From a bacterium (GTDB lineage Bacteria > UBA8248), in assembly GCA_965204535.1 (NCBI GenBank), contig CBDBEV010000001.1, positions 832,001-896,000 on the forward strand: DNA of 64,000 bases, in the 5' to 3' direction. How positions within the stretch are numbered: position 1 is the first letter of the stretch; every line of letters starts with the position of its first letter. Both the position numbers and the translations under genes were made by a program. Below the pieces are notes generated by a model, which searched no databases, was not told the origin of the DNA, and saw nothing but the letters and a program-made list of their open reading frames with translations. Of this stretch, positions 58,460 to 64,000 are shown one piece after another.

Positions 58460-59445
58460 AAGGGTGATTCCCAGATAATGTCCAGATAGAAATAGTCACT
58501 GCACAGCGAGGATAACAGGACTTCGGCCCGCCTTTGTTCGCCGCCTTCTTGTTTCGGGACGCGCACTCTCAAAAGGGTATCGGGGTCTCTCATGTCATCG
58601 ATAGTCCGAAACCAGTCGTCCGTGGTCGTCCCGTCCCCGGCGGAATAGGAAAGCGTTTTCATGGTGCGCGCATTGATGATTTTTCGTTCGAGTCGAACCA
58701 GAGAGCCTCTCTCGTCCATTTCTCCCAAAACGATGGAGCGTTCCCCCAGATTGTGATCGCTGAACCGCAAACCCTCGGGCGAGCCGCTGTAGCACGCGGC
58801 GCCGCCGCTCCACCTGGCGACGTCCATGGGTTTGTGGTAGTGGCCGATGGCCACATAACCGAAGGGCAGACGCTTCAAATCTTCGGCCTCGAATGGATGT
58901 TCCTTGAATGCAGGGTGCTCTGAGGCGAGAGCGGCTTCCGAACCGTGCAGAAGCAGGATGGACCTGTCGCTTACATCCGGTTTCCGCGTGAGGATTTCTT
59001 GCAAAGGCGGTTTGAAGGCGTCTTCGGTATCCCAGGGGATTCCGGCAATCGTGAGATTGAGTTCGCCGATATTTTCTTGCGCCAACCCGGCAGCGGGGTC
59101 ACCGTGGAACAGGTGGATGTAATTTGCCATTTCGGGGCGATTCCACACGGATTTCGGGTGCATCGGGTCGTGGTTGCCGGGTATGGCGAAACAGCGCACC
59201 CCTTTTTTGGACAAGTGCGCGAGATTCTTCGAGACGATTTCTACGTCACGTTCACCTGGGTGCGGCGTGTCGAACAGATCGCCCGATACAAGGAATACCT
59301 GTGCGCCCCATTTGAGGGTTTCGCGAACGGTGCGGAAAAACGTTACCCGAAGGTCGGCCTGGCGCGCCGTCGCTTTGCGAGGCGGGAGATAGCCGAAGTC
59401 ATAGCCGAGATGGAAATCGCCGCAATGGGCAAATCGAAAGTTCAC
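58456..59445 (-). CDS. SbcD/Mre11-like metallophosphoesterase (DNA repair exonuclease family)
   Basis: DFHLG, GDLFD, PGNHD, LLHG, IGHYH, YSGSPE; GTG start after GGAG. Confidence 0.85.
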   Translation of the reverse strand: MNFRFAHCGDFHLGYDFGYLPPRKATARQADLRVTFFRTVRETLKWGAQVFLVSGDLFDTPHPGERDVEIVSKNLAHLSKKGVRCFAIPGNHDPMHPKSVWNRPEMANYIHLFHGDPAAGLAQENIGELNLTIAGIPWDTEDAFKPPLQEILTRKPDVSDRSILLLHGSEAALASEHPAFKEHPFEAEDLKRLPFGYVAIGHYHKPMDVARWSGGAACYSGSPEGLRFSDHNLGERSIVLGEMDERGSLVRLERKIINARTMKTLSYSAGDGTTTDDWFRTIDDMRDPDTLLRVRVPKQEGGEQRRAEVLLSSLCSDYFYLDIIWESPL

Positions 59446-59607
59446 GCTGGCTCCAGGGACCAATACAACGATGGTTCTGTCATGTGTATGTTGTAGTCGG
59501 CAAAATCTGAAAATGTGAGAAATTCGTGTTTCGACTTCGTCTTGACAGTATGTGTTACCCCCGCCGATGATGTGTGCTTTGAGACATATACAATAGGAGA
59601 AGTGGTT

Positions 59608-61317
59608 TTGGCAAAGAAATCGAGGTTAAAGGCCTCGAAAAAATCTTTTTCCAGGGAAGATTTGGACAGGGCCGCCGCCATCGCGGCCGGTCTCGAAGCA
59701 TCGTTCACGGTTCCTCCTCCACCGGGCGCCATGGCGCCTGCGCCTTTATTGGACGAAATCAGAGAAATGGGAGATGTCGGGCTCGCCGGCGTATTCAATC
59801 ATCTGTCCTCTACGACTCGGGAGGGCCGTATTCCCACGCTCCTCGCTCTGCGCGAGCTTGGGGATGCATCCGTCGCTCAAAAGCTTGTAACGCTTATTCG
59901 GACGATGCGGTGGTCGATACCGGGACTCGCGGCGCTGTTGGAGACTCTTCAGGCGTTGGATGCGCGAGCAGAATTGCCGGATGGTTTCGATCCGGAAAAT
60001 TTAGGCCGCGCTCAGGAAGTTTCTGAGCGTTTCAGCCAGAATGAGTCCCTCACGGTCGATTCCGCAACGTCCCTTGTATCGTCGTTGAATGACCTGCCTC
60101 CTTTTTTGCAGGAAGTCGTGTTGCGTGACGGCCTCGAGAACGAGCCGGACGTTTCAGGGAATCGCCTGCTCATGCTGGCGGAAGCGATGGGCGGTGAAGG
60201 AACGTTAACGCCCCCATACTTCATTCAAATTCTGGCGGATACGGCTACGCAGGAGGCCGCGATTGCGCTTCAAAAGCTCTCGGAATCCAGCAGGGACAAG
60301 GATACGTTGTCACGAATCCGCAAAGCGATATTTCGGTTGAAAAGCAAAGGCGTTGAAGTTGAAAAATTGCCGGATGCGGGTGTTCGTACTGCCCAACGCT
60401 CAAATTATCCTGACTATGTATATGCCCTGGTAAGCGTCGTAGACGGGAGTGGGCAGATGCTTTTGTGGCTTGCCCGCTCGAGGGTTCCACGCGGGAGGTA
60501 TCTCGTGCAGGCGCGTTTGCACCGGGGGCGAGGCATTGTCGAGTTCACGGATGCGGAGGTGAGCGCCAAAGAGCTGCGCGATATTTTCCGCCGAATTTCA
60601 GAAACGCCCGCCTTGGCGTCACAGGAAGTGCCTGCCGGATACGCCGTTTGGCTTCTGGAGCGCGGCCAGCGCGAAAACGAAGAAGCGGATACGCCGCTGC
60701 CGCGTGGTTATACGCACGCGAAGCTCATGCTCGATCCTTTGTCGGAGGCCGACGCGTTTCCCGCGGAGGGGCCGCATCCCGTCCGCGGGATGGTGAGTTC
60801 TCTTGCGGAAGACGAGAACAGGATGGATGTGCGCACGATTTTCTCCCACCGGCCTTTCTGGGGTTGGGTGATGGATGCAGAGCGCGTGGAGCCGTATTTC
60901 CAGGGATTTATGGAGTCGATGGAAAGTCAGGTGGCGTTGGACGAAAGACAGAAAAAAGAGCGTCTTCAGCAGATAGTGGAAAACGGCGCAAAAGAAATTT
61001 TTCAGGATGCGGCGTTGCGGGAGCGCATATCGGGCCAACTGGAAGACAATGGATACGTTTTCCATCTGGCGGGCGATGAAGCGATGGCCCGGGAATGCGT
61101 GACGCTGGCGGATGAAATGCGGGTGGATACGGATGAGCCCACGCCGCTGTTCGTCGAAATGGTTCAGTATTCCATCTATGCGATGCTAAATCGCGTTATC
61201 CGCCAGATCCGGGAGTCTCATGGCGTGGAAGGGGAAATGCAGGAAGAGAATGTCGAGGATGGCGGTGTTTCGGAAGATACCGATTCTGAGGATTCACCGA
61301 TCATCATCACGCCGTAA
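59608..61317 (+). CDS. Hypothetical protein, largely alpha-helical
   Basis: Long ORF with host-like codon usage; AGGAG RBS before TTG 59608; acidic C-terminal tail. Confidence 0.75.
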   Translation: MAKKSRLKASKKSFSREDLDRAAAIAAGLEASFTVPPPPGAMAPAPLLDEIREMGDVGLAGVFNHLSSTTREGRIPTLLALRELGDASVAQKLVTLIRTMRWSIPGLAALLETLQALDARAELPDGFDPENLGRAQEVSERFSQNESLTVDSATSLVSSLNDLPPFLQEVVLRDGLENEPDVSGNRLLMLAEAMGGEGTLTPPYFIQILADTATQEAAIALQKLSESSRDKDTLSRIRKAIFRLKSKGVEVEKLPDAGVRTAQRSNYPDYVYALVSVVDGSGQMLLWLARSRVPRGRYLVQARLHRGRGIVEFTDAEVSAKELRDIFRRISETPALASQEVPAGYAVWLLERGQRENEEADTPLPRGYTHAKLMLDPLSEADAFPAEGPHPVRGMVSSLAEDENRMDVRTIFSHRPFWGWVMDAERVEPYFQGFMESMESQVALDERQKKERLQQIVENGAKEIFQDAALRERISGQLEDNGYVFHLAGDEAMARECVTLADEMRVDTDEPTPLFVEMVQYSIYAMLNRVIRQIRESHGVEGEMQEENVEDGGVSEDTDSEDSPIIITP

Positions 61318-61337
61318 CCTCATAATTGGAGAATTCG

Positions 61338-61736
61338 ATGGAATTCGGTTTTGATCATATTCACTACGTTTGCGCAGACGTGAAGGCGTTTGCCGAGTAT
61401 TTCAAAAACGTGTTCGACGCTGAAATCATTCGCTACGATGAGGATTTCAAGGGCTCGCCCAACGCGGCGGTCCAAATCGGCCGTCTGGTGATATTCGCGC
61501 GCGGCGTCAGACCCGAGGAGACGCCGGATTCAGTCGGGCCGGAACTGGTTCAGGGCCTGGATCATTTCGGGTTCGGTGTTCCGGATGTGGAAGCCGCCGT
61601 CGAGTGGCTGAGGGGCAAAGGGGCCGAGATTATGATGGAGCCCGTGCGCCGCGGGGTAGGCGGGCGGATGATCGCCTATGTCCGAGGGCCCGGGAATATC
61701 CGCATCGAGTTGTGCGAGAACCCGGCGGCTCTTTAA
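61338..61736 (+). CDS. VOC/glyoxalase family protein
   Basis: FDHIH, GLDHFGF, GPGNIRIEL. Confidence 0.88.
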   Translation: MEFGFDHIHYVCADVKAFAEYFKNVFDAEIIRYDEDFKGSPNAAVQIGRLVIFARGVRPEETPDSVGPELVQGLDHFGFGVPDVEAAVEWLRGKGAEIMMEPVRRGVGGRMIAYVRGPGNIRIELCENPAAL

Positions 61737-61862
61737 TATACGCTCGCATCCCGAGAACCGGAATCAGCGGAGGCGCAACAGCGGGCTTTCTTGACATCAT
61801 GATTCGCGATTGTTTCATTGCGACTGAATCACCAGGACAATTACCCTTGGAGGATAAAACCG

Positions 61863-63110
61863 ATGGTCGATTTCCAGCTCACGCCCCGGCAAATGGAACT
61901 CAGGGATACTGCGAAAAGATTTGCCACCGAAGTGATGATCCCCGCCGCGGAGGTCGCGGACCGCATCGAGGATCCCGAAGCATCCTTTAACTGGGAAGTC
62001 ATCAGAGAAGGTTCCAAACGAGGCCTCAGGACGCTCACCGTCCCGAAAGAATTTGGAGGTGAAGGCGCCGACGTGCTTTCCTGCGCCATTGTGGGCGAGA
62101 CGATGGCCTATGGGGATTTGGGACTGGCTGTCGCCTTTGATCAGACATGGAAGATCATGACGTCGATTGCCAACATGGCGGATGAGGAACAGCAAAAACG
62201 CTGGCTGCCCAAAATCATGGATGATGACGAGTGTATTCTGGCGACCGCCTGGACGGAGCCCATGGCGGGTAGTGACAACGTCTGGCCCAACCAGAATCCC
62301 GGGGCGGGAATTCAGACGTATGCAGAGAAGAAAGGAGACCGTTGGGTGTTGAACGGCACCAAGCGTTACATCTCCAATGGGGGTCTCGCCAAAGTTTATC
62401 AAATCGCCGCCCGCACGGATAAAGACAATCCGATGATGAACAGTCTCACGGCTTTTTTGGTGCCCTCTGACGCGAAGGGTTTTGAAGTGACGGAGGTGTG
62501 GGACAAACTCGGCCAAAGGTGTGTTCAAAACGGCACGCTGGAGTTTCACGATGTGGAAGTCCCGGCGGAAGACCAAATCGGGGAAGTGGGCCAGGCTCTG
62601 CCCGCCCTGGCCAATCTGTTCATCAGACACGGGAGCAACATCCAGGCGGGCGCCACCGTCTTGGGGGTCGCGCAGCGCGCGTATGATCTCTCTTTGCAGT
62701 ATGCCCATGCCCGAATCCAGGGAAGCGTGCCTTTGCTCGACCATCAGCTTCAGCAAATCAGACTTGCGCGTATGGCGATGAAGATAGAAGCGTCACGCTC
62801 TTATTTGTGGCGCACGGCGTGGTCCACCCAGCTTGAGGAGATGGACCGGAAAAATGCGATGCTGAGCAAGGTATTCGCATCCGAGTCCGCCGTACAGGTC
62901 TGCCAGGAGGCGATGGAGCTTTGGGGGGCGGCGGGGTATATGCGGAAAAACCCCATCGAAAAGCTCATGCGCGATGCCTTGAGCTTCCTGCATTCAGACG
63001 GCACGAACGACGTGTTGACGCTGAAGGCGGCAGGCTTTCTCGAAGATCCGCCGCAAGTGGATGATATTATTTATTCCCCTCGGGTCGCCGAGGCGGCGGC
63101 GGGCAGGTAG
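61863..63110 (+). CDS. Acyl-CoA dehydrogenase
   Basis: TEPMAGSD, NGTKRYISNG, KLGQR, WGAAGY, EKLMRDA; GGAGGA RBS. Confidence 0.92.
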   Translation: MVDFQLTPRQMELRDTAKRFATEVMIPAAEVADRIEDPEASFNWEVIREGSKRGLRTLTVPKEFGGEGADVLSCAIVGETMAYGDLGLAVAFDQTWKIMTSIANMADEEQQKRWLPKIMDDDECILATAWTEPMAGSDNVWPNQNPGAGIQTYAEKKGDRWVLNGTKRYISNGGLAKVYQIAARTDKDNPMMNSLTAFLVPSDAKGFEVTEVWDKLGQRCVQNGTLEFHDVEVPAEDQIGEVGQALPALANLFIRHGSNIQAGATVLGVAQRAYDLSLQYAHARIQGSVPLLDHQLQQIRLARMAMKIEASRSYLWRTAWSTQLEEMDRKNAMLSKVFASESAVQVCQEAMELWGAAGYMRKNPIEKLMRDALSFLHSDGTNDVLTLKAAGFLEDPPQVDDIIYSPRVAEAAAGR

Positions 63111-63178
63111 GGTTTTTCGCTGGACGCTGGAGATTCAAGATTGGAGGTGAGCATGGAGGGTTGCTCTTCTCCATAGAG

Positions 63179-64000
63179 TTAGTTCCTGAAAGCGGTGATC
63201 AGGACTCCGCCTGTGACGACGCAAATCGTGGCCAGAACAGTCTTGCGGTTGATTGTTTCGAGCTTGCCCAGGAAAAAATAGCTCAGAACCAGTACCCAGA
63301 TCGGTGCGATCCGGCTCAGGGGCAGCGCAGTGGAAACGCTCGCCATCGTAAAGGCTGTCCAAAGCATAAACGAGCTGCAAATACCGATGGTGCCTGCGCC
63401 TCCCACCCATAGAAGACCTCTTCTTTTGCCTCGAATCTCACTTTGGCCGGGCAGGATTGGTTTCGTGAGCAGAAGTAAACAGTTGGCTGTGGCGAAGGAG
63501 ACGGCCATGCCGACGCTGGGTGTCATCTGATGCGTATATGCGAGTTTGGCGAAGATGGGCGCTATCGCATAGGCCAGTGATGCAACGAGCGGAAATATCA
63601 GCGCTCCCCGAAACCAGCTTTTGAAAGATTGGGATTTATCGTCTTGTATCCCGAGAATGGATACCCCGATGACGATGCCCAGGGTGCCGAGTACGACCAT
63701 GGTTGTCGGCGTTTCTCCCAAAATCAGGATCGCGAAAAAGGTTCCCCAGATCGGGGCCGCCGAGGATATGGGCACGCTGCGGCTGAGCCCGATACGGGAG
63801 ACGCCCACCAGGTAGCAATATCTGCCTATGGTGGGACCCGCGGCGCCCACGGCGGCGTACCAGAAGATGGCTTCTGCCTTCGAAGTAAAAAGTGTGCCGT
63901 TCAAGAGAGACATGACGAAGCCGCCCAGGCTTACGATTCCATTGACTATCAAGGCGGCGGCAAGGGGAGATACGCTCCTCATTCCTTGCCTGAGAAAAGT
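63179..64000 (-). CDS. DMT/EamA family transporter (5' end probably outside window)
   Basis: Multiple TM helices with two EamA repeats (ILILGET; FFLGKLE); frame remains open to the window edge. Confidence 0.85.
   Translation of the reverse strand, partial: TFLRQGMRSVSPLAAALIVNGIVSLGGFVMSLLNGTLFTSKAEAIFWYAAVGAAGPTIGRYCYLVGVSRIGLSRSVPISSAAPIWGTFFAILILGETPTTMVVLGTLGIVIGVSILGIQDDKSQSFKSWFRGALIFPLVASLAYAIAPIFAKLAYTHQMTPSVGMAVSFATANCLLLLTKPILPGQSEIRGKRRGLLWVGGAGTIGICSSFMLWTAFTMASVSTALPLSRIAPIWVLVLSYFFLGKLETINRKTVLATICVVTGGVLITAFRN

Overview
A GC-rich bacterial chromosomal window. Its gene content (many LLM and acyl-CoA dehydrogenases, a Sel1-like protein, a TbpB-like lipoprotein, dense palindromic repeats) suggests a heterotrophic, possibly host-associated lineage; taxonomy is inference only. 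Housekeeping blocks include emrAB-like efflux, comM/yifB, selD-msrA, thiI, ispB-maf, greA, cysE-iscS-iscU and folD-xseAB-ispA-dxs-tlyA, alongside many catabolic enzymes. Main observations: (1) Nine intergenic mosaics of GTAG-, CGTC- and CCCCCCTACCCCCC-type palindromic repeats lie between 18.8 and 43.4 kb. Their cores are inverted relative to identical flanks, their palindromic heads are swapped on conserved scaffolds, and they bracket single accessory genes like cassettes. (2) A 3,455-bp transposase-less cargo element (46715-50169) has 24-bp terminal inverted repeats, a perfect 8-bp target duplication and an internal third end, with IS1595/ISNwi1-like ends. (3) selD is a selenoprotein gene with an in-frame UGA and SECIS-like hairpin, missed by the ORF track. 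(4) Fur-box-like sites sit upstream of the TbpB-like lipoprotein and at ORF-less loci. (5) An SsuD-like monooxygenase is tandemly duplicated together with a decayed comM 3' end. (6) An Fe-S/molybdopterin fusion enzyme lies next to a putative diheme membrane protein. No rRNA, tRNA, CRISPR array or intact transposase/integrase was seen. All alignments and counts were done by eye.
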